Shown: piece after piece, positions 26,796 to 35,293 of the stretch
How the letters are laid out: every line of letters starts with the position of its first letter
How positions within the stretch are numbered: the first letter of the stretch is position 1
Source: a virus
IMG/VR virus record: IMGVR_UViG_3300038701_002052
Span: 8,456 to 72,455 of that record
Strand: one strand, 5' to 3'
Length of the DNA stretch: 64,000 bases
Translations under genes and position numbers: made by a program
Notes under the pieces: model-generated
The model's input: the letters and a program-made list of their open reading frames with translations, nothing else
Told to the model about the DNA's origin: nothing
Database searches by the model: none

Positions 26796-27175
26796 GGTCG
26801 TTTATCTTGAACGTTAGCCCTATCGTGATGCCGCACTAGTATTGCGTGCTGCTTGTCTGCGCTCACCACGATCCGTCTTAGTCGTTCCGGCGTTGGCAGG
26901 TCGTTTCCGAGCTGCGCTAGAGTGCCGTCCACGCCGACGATGAAATACTGAACGAGACCCCCGTATAATCCGTAACCAATCCTTCCTCGTAAATCATCAG
27001 GAAGGGCTAACAAGTCGTGTGAACGTTGCACGTTATGCTGAGAAGTGGTGGCAGAGAGCGGGAATCGCACCCGATTTCTCGAACAGTCCAGATCGTGCCA
27101 TTGCCTAGGTAGCCGTATCCAGCTCTGTCGTTTGTTCCGACTTTCACGGATCTGCCGTGTAAATTGAAATTGCAT
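26792..27175 (-). CDS. Hypothetical, probably a chimeric ORF reading through an attC-like repeat
   Basis: Ends ANVQDKRP (attC-arm-like) and crosses the repeat at 27005-27038. Confidence 0.3.
   Translation of the reverse strand: MQFQFTRQIRESRNKRQSWIRLPRQWHDLDCSRNRVRFPLSATTSQHNVQRSHDLLALPDDLRGRIGYGLYGGLVQYFIVGVDGTLAQLGNDLPTPERLRRIVVSADKQHAILVRHHDRANVQDKRP
27005..27038 (+). repeat. Short attC-like repeat, copy 3 (both R boxes present)
   Basis: GGCTAAC-AAGTCGTGTGAACGTTGCAC-GTTATGC. Confidence 0.6.
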
Positions 27176-27181
27176 GACAAG

Positions 27182-27358
27182 TCAGTGGCAAGAACGATTC
27201 GCGTACGATGCTTCAGCGTTCGGCTCAGAAACGTAGAGCATGTGAATCGCCGCCAGGTGCTCTACGCCATTCCATCGGCGCACGGTGATTTCAGGCTTGG
27301 TTTGTGGCTCAGTGGTCAACACCCATTCTTGCAGAATGGCATGCATATCTATCTTCAT
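27182..27358 (-). CDS. Hypothetical protein, 58 aa
   Basis: Translated by hand: MKIDMHAILQEW...EPNAEASYANRSCH; the C-terminus comes from an attC-like arm. Confidence 0.4.
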   Translation of the reverse strand: MKIDMHAILQEWVLTTEPQTKPEITVRRWNGVEHLAAIHMLYVSEPNAEASYANRSCH

Positions 27359-27549
27359 ATCATCACCTCGCGTGCTTTCATTGATCTCTCCACCACGCCC
27401 ATGTCCACCTGATCCACCTTGCCGGTGGCCTCGTGGAACCGGGAAGCCACCTTGACGGCCTCCGCAGGGGATCCCGCGATCACGGGCACCAGATACGCCT
27501 TCGGGTCGTTCAGCCGGTCGTGGATCGCCTCTGCCAGATACAGGTTCAT
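27355..27549 (-). CDS. Hypothetical protein
   Basis: MNLYLAEAIH...; coupled to neighbours. Confidence 0.5.
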   Translation of the reverse strand: MNLYLAEAIHDRLNDPKAYLVPVIAGSPAEAVKVASRFHEATGKVDQVDMGVVERSMKAREVMI

Positions 27550-27974
27550 TTCTCTTCCTTCTTCTCCTGCCATTGTGCCTTGCCTATCATCGAGAGGTCA
27601 TACCCGTCCGGGTAGTCGATGATGATCGTCGTTCCTTCCTCTTCACCCTTGTGCGTCTTTTCCTGCTCGACCGTGAATCTGATGGACGCTTCTGAGTCAT
27701 CGTGTATCGCGCCAGCGTAGCACAGGGCGTCGAGTAGAAACTTGCTTCCACCGAAGGCGGCGTCTTTGTCGAGAAGGCGTTTGCGGCTTTGAACAAAGCA
27801 GACAACAGGCAATCCTGCGCGTCCCTCTTCATTCGTGTACGGTCCGCCCAGTGGGATGTCCTCGAAAGAAGGTCGTTCATCGACGGGGGTAGATAGCCAG
27901 GGATACGAATGACGATTCTTGTCGGCATCAGAAGTTCGCCGCTTCCGCGGTGTTGATGGTTTCTCGGGTTTCAA
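27546..27974 (-). CDS. RusA-like Holliday junction resolvase, C-terminal catalytic part
   Basis: RKRLLDKDAAFGGSKFLLDALCYAGAIHDDS matches the RusA DxD(N)..K...D...G...DD pattern. Confidence 0.6.
   Translation of the reverse strand: MKPEKPSTPRKRRTSDADKNRHSYPWLSTPVDERPSFEDIPLGGPYTNEEGRAGLPVVCFVQSRKRLLDKDAAFGGSKFLLDALCYAGAIHDDSEASIRFTVEQEKTHKGEEEGTTIIIDYPDGYDLSMIGKAQWQEKKEEK
27587..27928 (-). CDS. Overlapping ORF resembling the RusA-like N-terminal part
   Basis: IRIPGYLPPSMNDLL..HW.R..K; ATG coupled to the dnaB stop (TGATG). Confidence 0.45.
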   Translation of the reverse strand: MPTRIVIRIPGYLPPSMNDLLSRTSHWADRTRMKRDAQDCLLSALFKAANAFSTKTPPSVEASFYSTPCATLARYTMTQKRPSDSRSSRKRRTRVKRKERRSSSTTRTGMTSR

Positions 27975-30432
27975 AACGGGTATGCTTCTTGAAAAAGGTC
28001 AGCGGTATCAGGCCGGTCGCGCCATCACGCTGCTTCTCGATCAGGAGATCAACGGCGTGGACGTCGTCATGGTCGGCACTGTCGGGGCGGTGGAGGAAGC
28101 CGATCAGATCCGCGTCCTGCTCGATCGATCCGCTGTTATGGACAACTATGCCATTCGTAACGAAATTGTTTGTTCCTGGAACGCTTAGATCGCAAACAGA
28201 ACACTCACCAGGAACGGCATCCACGCTCCTTAGACGCCCCCAACCAAGCTCCGAACATGACATATATGGGGAGTTTTTGATCGATTGAATCATGTGGTTT
28301 TTAAGAAGCTCCTCCATGGATTTCTTACACACAGACTTAAATCCGCCTGACTTCCTCTTCTGGAACCTCATGTATCGGTTTCCGGTAATCTCGCTTGCAA
28401 GCTCTACGAATATGGATGGCGCTGGGTCTATGTATCTCGGGCTTGGTGACCTGAGGCGACCAAACCTGTCCAGATTCGAGCAAATCACTTCCATTTTCTC
28501 GTTATCCTCAACACACACCCTCACTTCCCATATATCGCTATAGTAACCAACCGTTGATCGAATTCCACAGGTAAGCAAAAGCCACGAAACCTGATTGGCA
28601 AGTAATTCACTGACGGTGGAGTATTTAGCACACCCCCTAGTAACGGTTCCGTCCGCTTCCCATAACCCCGAAAGAAGCTCGCGGTGCGATTCGTTTGATG
28701 TTCCAAGATAGTCACTTGGTATGAATTTTGAATGAGCGGTGCATCCGTCTAGCCCTAGGCTCCGAAGCCATGTCATGACAGGGTTTTGGAGACACCCGCT
28801 TCTTTTACCGTTGGACAGATATGCGTCAAAAACATTATCGCTCGGCTGGTTCTTCCTGATGTTCACACTGACACCAAACTCGGACACAGATGCAACCACT
28901 TCTTCATGGAGTTCTCTCCTGTATATCAACCCAGGCGTTCCGGACATACTGCCGTTGCCTATCAACCACCCCAGTAGCTTGGCGTGCCTGACGTGGCCTC
29001 TGTTAGCATGGGGTATCACCCTTGGCGACGCTATCACATCCCTTCCCGGTTTAAGCTGATTGACCTGCTTCCACCCTGAACCTGTAAGAACAAGATGTTT
29101 TGCGGTCGCTGAAAACGACCCGAATTGAGTGTTGACCCTGAATACCTTGTTATACCTCTTTGGGATAAACTCACACTTCCTTATTACAGTGACATCCCTG
29201 TCCAGTGAAACAACCCGATCGGGCCGACTCCCAATCCGAACCGGTCCAGTTGGTGTGTAAACCCACTCCTGCTCCGGAAGACACTCCCGGAGATCGCTCA
29301 ACCTCGGCTTGCGGTTCTTCTCCTTCTCCACGTCGCGGCTGAGCTGGCTGAGTGCGATCACCGGGACGTCCAGCTCCTTGCTCATCTCCTTCAGTCCGGA
29401 CGAGATGATCCCAACCTCCTCGGTCCGGCTCATGTTCTTGCGTCCGACACCATTGGCAAGCTGCAGGTAGTCGATCAGGATCAACCGGGTCCCGTTCTTC
29501 TGCTTCTCACGGCGTGCCCTGGAACGCATCTGGGCGATGGTCAGGCCGGGGCTGTCGTCGATCATGATCGGGTAGTTGCTCAGCCTGCCGGCCGCGCCCG
29601 TCATGCGGACATAGTCCCGCTCCGTGCAGAGACCGTTCCGCAGATCCATCATGTTCACCCGAGCCATCGACAGCACCACCCGCTGGATCAGGTTGCCCTT
29701 GCTCATCTCGAGTGAGAACACATGGCAGTGAGACCCCTTCTCCATGACCGACTCGACGATGTTCATCGCAAGAGACGTCTTCCCCATCGCCGGCCTCGCG
29801 GCGAGGATGTAGAGCTTGCCGGGGTGGAGCCCTCCCGTGATGCGGTCCAGCTTGCTGAAACCGGTGCTGAGCCCGTTCACGCCACCGTCCGCATGGGTCG
29901 CCGCCTCGATGTATTCCAATGCGCTGATGACCTCGTCCTTGATCGAGAACGTCGATTCCTTGTGGACCGCCTTCCCCACCGACCCGACCCGCTCCTCGAT
30001 CATGGACACCAGGTCCGACGTGGAAGCCTCCCGGTCGTCGATCTTTTCCGTGATCTCCGCCACCGCCGACCTGAGGTCGCGCCTCACCCAGCAGTCCACC
30101 ACCATGTTCAACCAGTACTTCAGGTTGAGCGCCGATGGCACCGAATCCAAACACTCGCTCAGATAGACGATCCCGCCGACCTGCGAAAGCAACGAGGATC
30201 CCAGCATCTCAGCGACCACCGTCTCCAGAGAGACCGGCTTGCCCGCCCTGCTCATCCTCTGGAGCAGCTTGAACAGCTCCTTGTGGCGGATGTCGAACAT
30301 CAGCTCGGCCGGGTCGGGGTGGACCGCCTCCACCTGGGCCATGCACATGCCGCAATCCAGGATCAGGCAGCCGATCAACGCACGCTCGGCATTCTCGTTG
30401 TGAGTGGGGGGAGATGTTGCTTCTTTTGACAT
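27928..30432 (-). CDS. dnaB: Replicative DNA helicase DnaB with an intein
   Basis: AERALIG, ILAARPAMGKTSLA, FSLEM, LILIDYLQL, SQLSRDVE..PRLSDLRE|intein|SGSIEQDAD. Confidence 0.95.
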   Translation of the reverse strand: MSKEATSPPTHNENAERALIGCLILDCGMCMAQVEAVHPDPAELMFDIRHKELFKLLQRMSRAGKPVSLETVVAEMLGSSLLSQVGGIVYLSECLDSVPSALNLKYWLNMVVDCWVRRDLRSAVAEITEKIDDREASTSDLVSMIEERVGSVGKAVHKESTFSIKDEVISALEYIEAATHADGGVNGLSTGFSKLDRITGGLHPGKLYILAARPAMGKTSLAMNIVESVMEKGSHCHVFSLEMSKGNLIQRVVLSMARVNMMDLRNGLCTERDYVRMTGAAGRLSNYPIMIDDSPGLTIAQMRSRARREKQKNGTRLILIDYLQLANGVGRKNMSRTEEVGIISSGLKEMSKELDVPVIALSQLSRDVEKEKNRKPRLSDLRECLPEQEWVYTPTGPVRIGSRPDRVVSLDRDVTVIRKCEFIPKRYNKVFRVNTQFGSFSATAKHLVLTGSGWKQVNQLKPGRDVIASPRVIPHANRGHVRHAKLLGWLIGNGSMSGTPGLIYRRELHEEVVASVSEFGVSVNIRKNQPSDNVFDAYLSNGKRSGCLQNPVMTWLRSLGLDGCTAHSKFIPSDYLGTSNESHRELLSGLWEADGTVTRGCAKYSTVSELLANQVSWLLLTCGIRSTVGYYSDIWEVRVCVEDNEKMEVICSNLDRFGRLRSPSPRYIDPAPSIFVELASEITGNRYMRFQKRKSGGFKSVCKKSMEELLKNHMIQSIKNSPYMSCSELGWGRLRSVDAVPGECSVCDLSVPGTNNFVTNGIVVHNSGSIEQDADLIGFLHRPDSADHDDVHAVDLLIEKQRDGATGLIPLTFFKKHTRFETRETINTAEAANF
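28135..29283 (-). mobile_element. Intein (383 aa) with a LAGLIDADG homing endonuclease
   Basis: Starts CLPEQEWV and ends NFVTNGIVVHN before Ser; LLGWLIGNGS and LLSGLWEADG blocks; visibly AT-richer than the extein. Confidence 0.92.
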
Positions 30433-30550
30433 TGCGTATCTGAAAGTTTCACCGGGCTACCGCTGCCGTCGGGGACCACACAACCAACTGTTCTGATGAG
30501 CCCTGTAACCAACCCCGACCGTTTCACCCGGTGAATAAATGCTTCGTGTT

Positions 30551-30766
30551 TCAGTTTTCCGACCTGCCCAGCTTCTCGTCGATGAGCGCGATGGCCGCGT
30601 GGCATTCCGTGTCGATAGCGGTCAGGTGCCTTGCAACGTCCTCGGGTATCTCCACCTCGTTGCCGTCATCATCGACGCCGCACACCTTCAGGAACTGCCG
30701 TATCGAGCAGAACACGCTTCGCCCGTGGTTCAGGTCGTGGTCCTCCGGATTGATTTCAACTATCAT
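30551..30766 (-). CDS. Hypothetical protein
   Basis: 71 aa ORF in the operon. Confidence 0.5.
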   Translation of the reverse strand: MIVEINPEDHDLNHGRSVFCSIRQFLKVCGVDDDGNEVEIPEDVARHLTAIDTECHAAIALIDEKLGRSEN

Positions 30767-30786
30767 GGTTTCTTGTTTTCAGAAAT

Positions 30787-30969
30787 TTATGTTCGTGGTG
30801 TTCTGTGCCTTGGATCCATCATCCACACCAAAACACCAGCAGCCAATCCCAGCAGCGCCGGAATGATCGACCTGCACCCACTGGCCACAATAACCCCGGT
30901 TCCTATCAAATTGACACCAACCGCGAAACCGATCTTTCCTTGTATGTTTTCAATGTCTTTGTCGTTCAT
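30787..30969 (-). CDS. Small membrane protein
   Basis: Two hydrophobic segments. Confidence 0.4.
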   Translation of the reverse strand: MNDKDIENIQGKIGFAVGVNLIGTGVIVASGCRSIIPALLGLAAGVLVWMMDPRHRTPRT

Positions 30970-30984
30970 AGATCGCCCTTCTTT

Positions 30985-31368
30985 TCAGCCTTTATGTGGT
31001 GCATCGGGAAGTGGCATCCAGTGGGTTGGTTGCGACCCTGGAAAATGACCAGAAGGCCCCCACGCACCACCGCCATGGTCCTTGTAGTAACGCATGATGG
31101 CTATATCGCCTTCCCGTAAAACCAGAACAAACACATCCTTCGGAGCCGACTCGATCGGAAGCCAGCCTTGGCGGGTGTTCGAGCCCGGTTCTGAATCCAC
31201 TGCCGATTCCAACCTCCGAGCGCACTGGTGGAGTTCGCGTCCGGTGACTTTCAGATACTCCGCTCGTCGGGTGTTGCCTGCCTCCTCGATTCGCAATTTC
31301 AGAAGCTCAACTTTCTTGTCCAGTAGCCGGACCTCTTCCCGGATGGCCTCTTTCAGTTCCTCACTCAT
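30985..31368 (-). CDS. Hypothetical protein with a DUF551-like C-terminus
   Basis: GWLPIESAPKD...PTHWMPLP. Confidence 0.6.
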   Translation of the reverse strand: MSEELKEAIREEVRLLDKKVELLKLRIEEAGNTRRAEYLKVTGRELHQCARRLESAVDSEPGSNTRQGWLPIESAPKDVFVLVLREGDIAIMRYYKDHGGGAWGPSGHFPGSQPTHWMPLPDAPHKG

Positions 31369-31574
31369 AGATCACCCTTCTTTTCCACCTTCACGCTTGA
31401 TCCTTCACCCTTACCGACTCGCCCCAGCATCTGCTCCACCTCGACCACGTCGGGAAGGCATCTCGAGCAGAAATCAGATCCGTTGTCGGTGTCCCTGAAA
31501 AACAGGGTCCGGTGGTTGCCGCACATGCAGCAATTTCCGTGGGTTATCTCGCCGTGGTTCAATTTGTGGATCAT
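31365..31574 (-). CDS. Small zinc-finger protein
   Basis: CCMCG...FCSRC. Confidence 0.5.
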   Translation of the reverse strand: MIHKLNHGEITHGNCCMCGNHRTLFFRDTDNGSDFCSRCLPDVVEVEQMLGRVGKGEGSSVKVEKKGDL

Positions 31575-32224
31575 GGTGCCTTTCTCTGTAGCCGCCGTCC
31601 GGCCGCAAGGTCCTCGTCATTGAAGACCGGTTCGTTCACGTTGGTCTTGAACTCCATGACAGCCACCTCGCGTGGGTCACCCACCGCGGACGACATGTCA
31701 TAGTAGTTCGGGAAATTGCTTGGCCGGAACAGCGTGGTCGGATTGAAGTGGTTCACCATGTCAGGGTCACCGCCCCAGCGGTCCCACATGAACTCGACCA
31801 TCCGCATCACGCCCTTCTCGTCCACCTCGTCGTCCTCACCGATCCGGGCCAGGATCGAGGTGATGTAGATGTCACGGTCACGGAACCTCCGCCCGGACAG
31901 CTTGGAGATCCGATCGATGATCCTCACCGCCAGCGCCCTGTCCTCATCACTCATGGACTCCTTAACAGAAGGGCAGGCGGTCCGGACATGAATCCCGCGT
32001 CCGTCCTTGCGGCAGGACAGGAGCCTCATCCCGCCCAGCTTGCGGACAGAGGCGTCCAGCGCGGCCTCCTCACAGATGTTCATTCCAAGGATCATGGTTC
32101 TCTCGTCACGCCACTGGTGGTTGCCCTTGTCGAGCGATCCCACCGCCCCCCATACCATCTTGTCCAGCGGGGACAGATCTGTTCTGGTATAGATGTGCAT
32201 GGGGAGGGTGAGTGATCGCTTCAT
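31571..32224 (-). CDS. Phage replication protein with a conserved phage C-terminal (Phg_2220_C-like) domain
   Basis: WGGDPDMVNHFNPTTLFRPSNFPNYY; located upstream of dnaB. Confidence 0.7.
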   Translation of the reverse strand: MKRSLTLPMHIYTRTDLSPLDKMVWGAVGSLDKGNHQWRDERTMILGMNICEEAALDASVRKLGGMRLLSCRKDGRGIHVRTACPSVKESMSDEDRALAVRIIDRISKLSGRRFRDRDIYITSILARIGEDDEVDEKGVMRMVEFMWDRWGGDPDMVNHFNPTTLFRPSNFPNYYDMSSAVGDPREVAVMEFKTNVNEPVFNDEDLAAGRRLQRKAP

Positions 32225-32234
32225 CGGTCATGGA

Positions 32235-32918
32235 TCAGAATGGGACCTCGTCGTCATCAATCGGTGGCTGTGGTGAGGTTCGAGCCTTGGGGTCCGGACC
32301 TGCAGCACCCTCGCCGAGAAACGCCTTGTACTCGTCCGATTCCCTGATCGTGTTCTGAACCCACTCCGGCATGTCGTCAGGGAAGACGCCGCCGTTGTCC
32401 GTGATGTCGGTGATGGAATACATCCTCGACTTGTTGACCTGGGGTGGAACCTCCGTGCCCTTCATCAGGCTGGAGATGTTGATGATCTCCTCGGTCTTCC
32501 GCATCGTTCCGTCACGGCCCTTGAACTCCTTGTGGCCGATCGTGATCTGACACGACTTCCCGAGCACGGCGCTCAGCTTGAACGCCATCGCCTCCTCCTC
32601 GGTCATCTTCTTGCCGCGCCACGAATCCAACGCCTTCCGGAGATTCGCCTTCGGGTTGGTGGAGAGCCGGTATCGCTTGCTGACAGCCTTCGGAAGCGTG
32701 ACCACCTTGCCGTCCTCCCCTTCCTTGTCGAAGGTCTCGTGGGGCAGCTCCCAGGAGATGACGATCTGATGGTTCTCATCGTCGGCACCGGTGCGTTCGT
32801 TGGTGTACCACCTGGTCCCGATGTCAAAGATCGCGTAACAGGTCGCCAGGTAGGTTCCCTCCGGGACCGGCTCGAAACCGCCAGCCCCGCCCTTGTTGGT
32901 TGCAATGATGTCACTCAT
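32235..32918 (-). CDS. SSB-like phage replication/recombination protein
   Basis: FEPVPEGTYLATC...IFDIG, KRYRLS..PKANLRKALDSWRG, acidic DDDEVPF tail. Confidence 0.65.
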   Translation of the reverse strand: MSDIIATNKGGAGGFEPVPEGTYLATCYAIFDIGTRWYTNERTGADDENHQIVISWELPHETFDKEGEDGKVVTLPKAVSKRYRLSTNPKANLRKALDSWRGKKMTEEEAMAFKLSAVLGKSCQITIGHKEFKGRDGTMRKTEEIINISSLMKGTEVPPQVNKSRMYSITDITDNGGVFPDDMPEWVQNTIRESDEYKAFLGEGAAGPDPKARTSPQPPIDDDEVPF

Positions 32919-33172
32919 GCGCTTGGAGCGGTTTGACTGGTTGCCTTGCCGGGGAGCTTCCCACCCATCCAGACACGGACGGTTCCCTTGCCCTTGACCG
33001 GACGCGTGCTTGTCTGGTGGCCACGGCCGTTGATCGCCGAGCGCAGCCCGTTGACCTTCTCCGCCTCCACCTCGACCGAATCACCCGCCTTCATCTGCGT
33101 CGCCAGAAGTGTCATCTGGCCCCGAGGTTCGGGGAGTATCCCGCTTTCTATTGTATATGCTGTTTCACTCAT
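32915..33172 (-). CDS. Hypothetical protein
   Basis: Coupled ORF. Confidence 0.5.
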   Translation of the reverse strand: MSETAYTIESGILPEPRGQMTLLATQMKAGDSVEVEAEKVNGLRSAINGRGHQTSTRPVKGKGTVRVWMGGKLPGKATSQTAPSA

Positions 33173-33197
33173 CGTGCTTGTGCTTGTTGTTTTCTCT

Positions 33198-33416
33198 TCA
33201 GACCGTGATCGCCTTCTGAACCCTCAGAAGCTCGTTCAACGTATAGTGGATCACCCGTTTGTTGGGCGCGACGGGGTGGGCTCTTCCTGCCTGCCGCAGG
33301 AACCGGAGGGTTGATCGGGGGATGCCGATTCTGGCTGCCCCGTCCCGCTCGTTGAAGAACCCGGCTGGAACTCTTGAGCTGCGGCTCGCTCCGACCTCTC
33401 TTTGTTGAGTCTCCAT
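33198..33416 (-). CDS. Excisionase/MerR-like winged-HTH protein
   Basis: FFNERDGAARIGIPRSTLRFLRQAG...IHYTLNEL. Confidence 0.55.
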   Translation of the reverse strand: METQQREVGASRSSRVPAGFFNERDGAARIGIPRSTLRFLRQAGRAHPVAPNKRVIHYTLNELLRVQKAITV

Positions 33417-33437
33417 TGCAACTTCCTCCTCCGGACC

Positions 33438-34241
33438 TCAAAGCTTCTTCTCATGGTCAGACGTAACTACGGCTAGATGATCGAACTCGCCACGATTAAG
33501 CCGGTTGTTGAAATGGAAAAGTGCGACTGTCTTGGCGTCACTCAATCGGCAGCTTCCACTGACGAGCCCCTTGCCGCCGATTTTCTCAACCGAACACAAG
33601 CCACCCTCCGTTGGCTTGATGTGGTAGAGCGCCTCCACGATAGCGGGATTGGTTTTTTTAGAAGTGACCCTGCACAGCCAACCCACGACCAACCGAGCTC
33701 CCCATACCGGATCCGACCAAATAATCTGAAGCCTGCCTCGGTCGATAGTTACGGTTTCACGCTCACTGAAAGTGACCCAGTCAAGGCCGAACCCTTGTGA
33801 TTTTAAATGTTTGATTATTGTGCTACGCGCCTCACACAAGTTGATCTTGTGCTTGTTGTTCACGGTGACAGTGATACGTCCGTGTCCGTCAGGACTGACA
33901 GTGCTTTCAGCTATCTCTGCCGCGGTGTGCAAATCCCCTGAACAGGCCACATCAAAAGCGATCGAGTCCCTTTCCTTAAGCCAGAGCCTTTCCTTGAGCC
34001 ACAGCCTTTCAATCGTCTCATCCCGCAACTTTAAAAGCGATACTCCCCTCAGAATTTCCTCAATGGAGCTTGAGTTGAACTTAGAGCCCTCTTTATTGAC
34101 CACGTCCCCTTTTCCAAGATCCGTGATGTAGCGCGACACGCAATACGTCACGAGGTCCTTCTCACTGATCCCCAGCTTCTTGCATGCCTCGTCGAGAATC
34201 GGACCTATCGCATCTCCCTGTTGGTGTGAATTCGTGCTCAT
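33438..34241 (-). CDS. Cro-position regulator candidate (RHH-like N-terminus plus an unknown domain)
   Basis: ILDEACKKLGISEKDLVTYCVSRYI; first gene of the leftward operon, divergent from 34359. Confidence 0.4.
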   Translation of the reverse strand: MSTNSHQQGDAIGPILDEACKKLGISEKDLVTYCVSRYITDLGKGDVVNKEGSKFNSSSIEEILRGVSLLKLRDETIERLWLKERLWLKERDSIAFDVACSGDLHTAAEIAESTVSPDGHGRITVTVNNKHKINLCEARSTIIKHLKSQGFGLDWVTFSERETVTIDRGRLQIIWSDPVWGARLVVGWLCRVTSKKTNPAIVEALYHIKPTEGGLCSVEKIGGKGLVSGSCRLSDAKTVALFHFNNRLNRGEFDHLAVVTSDHEKKL

Positions 34242-34302
34242 GTTCAAGTAACCGAACCGTAGCACTGTATTACACCGATACAAGTGGAAATTTCGATTTA
34301 TT

Positions 34303-34330
34303 TTGATTACCGGAAGCCAGCGGTTAATAT
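34303..34330 (+). promoter_or_regulatory. Sigma70-like promoter of the repressor candidate
   Basis: TTGATT-N16-TAATAT. Confidence 0.45.
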
Positions 34331-34358
34331 GGGTAGTCCGGGGAGTAGACAGAAGCAG

Positions 34359-34616
34359 ATGAACACGAACAAAAATACAGACCCAGAAGAGAGCCCGTTA
34401 AAGCAGACGAAAAAACGACTGATCACCAGCGTTGAGTTTCCCGACGAACTCGCCGAGAAGATTCAACTCGCGATCCGTGTGACCGGGAAGACCAAGAAGG
34501 ACATCATTCTCGATGCGCTCAAGGCTCACCTGCCTGAAATACTGGCGTCGGGTGAGACTGAGCTGGCTGCCTTGAAAGCGGAGATTCAGAAAATGACCAG
34601 CAAAGACAGATCATGA
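34359..34616 (+). CDS. Ribbon-helix-helix repressor candidate
   Basis: ITSVEFPDELAEKIQLAIRVTGKTKKDIILDALKAHL. Confidence 0.65.
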   Translation: MNTNKNTDPEESPLKQTKKRLITSVEFPDELAEKIQLAIRVTGKTKKDIILDALKAHLPEILASGETELAALKAEIQKMTSKDRS

Positions 34617-34785
34617 CCAGGTCCTTCTGACTGACCCCCAGCAATGCCGCCGCGTTTTTCAATGAAGCACCCATGCTGGAATGCCCTGACTCCCCGGTAA
34701 CCCTTGATACGTTCTTCATAATCACTCCTGAATCATTACATGAACCCTGGGACAATTGCTGTCCTACCTTCACCAATAAAAGGCC

Positions 34786-35016
34786 ATGAAAATCTTTTTC
34801 GCAATAACAATTGTAGTCACACTCATCTTTTCCCCGTGGGAGGAACAATTCCAGACCAGACCACCAAGGACCGTCATCAGTCCGATATGGGACGCACCGG
34901 TCGCCTCGGAACTTCGAATTGATGTCATCGCCGTCGAGTGGGTCGGGCTGGGGCTCATCTACCTGGCCTTGTCCGGCAGGAAACCAAGACCCGCCGACGG
35001 GGAGGCTGTTGACTGA
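34786..35016 (+). CDS. Small 2-TM protein (lysogen-expressed/exclusion candidate)
   Basis: Two TM segments; lies between the repressor and attP. Confidence 0.45.
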   Translation: MKIFFAITIVVTLIFSPWEEQFQTRPPRTVISPIWDAPVASELRIDVIAVEWVGLGLIYLALSGRKPRPADGEAVD

Positions 35017-35280
35017 TTGTTGACCCGTTTTGAGGCCGAACTCGCTTCAATTCACTCCAATTCCTCACTCGCGCCGAATCCGGCTTTCGCCCGTAACTCG
35101 CTGAAACACCAACCCGTTAAGCCACTTCCATCACCCCACCCACCAATCCCCGTCCCGGTTTCCGGAACCGTAGGTTGTGGGTTCGATCCCCGCCCCGCGT
35201 ACCACTCCCCACCAAGGACTTGCGAAGATTCTGGAAGATGGCTAAAACTCACCCGTTGACTGATTGTTGACCCGTTTTGA
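35008..35280 (+). mobile_element. attP region: 26-bp direct arm repeats flanking a tRNA-derived core
   Basis: GTTGACTGATTGTTGACCCGTTTTGA at 35008-35033 and 35255-35280, immediately upstream of the integrase. Confidence 0.8.
35156..35204 (+). tRNA. 3' part of tRNA-Arg(CCG) serving as the attP core (not a complete tRNA)
   Basis: CGGT-TTCCGGA-ACCG anticodon arm, AGGTT variable loop, GTGGG-TTCGATC-CCCGC T arm, CCCGCGT-A-CCA end; no 5' half or D arm. Confidence 0.8.
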
Positions 35281-35293
35281 ACCAGAAGCCAAC

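Noticed and set aside
26171-27038. CRISPR array
   Set aside because: Only three imperfect copies, 365-470 bp apart with genes between them; no cas genes.
33463-33472. Extra operator-like GTAACTACGG
   Set aside because: Lies inside a coding 3' end and matches only part of the motif.
35100-35204. Complete tRNA gene
   Set aside because: No D arm or 5' acceptor strand; identity starts at the anticodon stem, as expected of an attP core.
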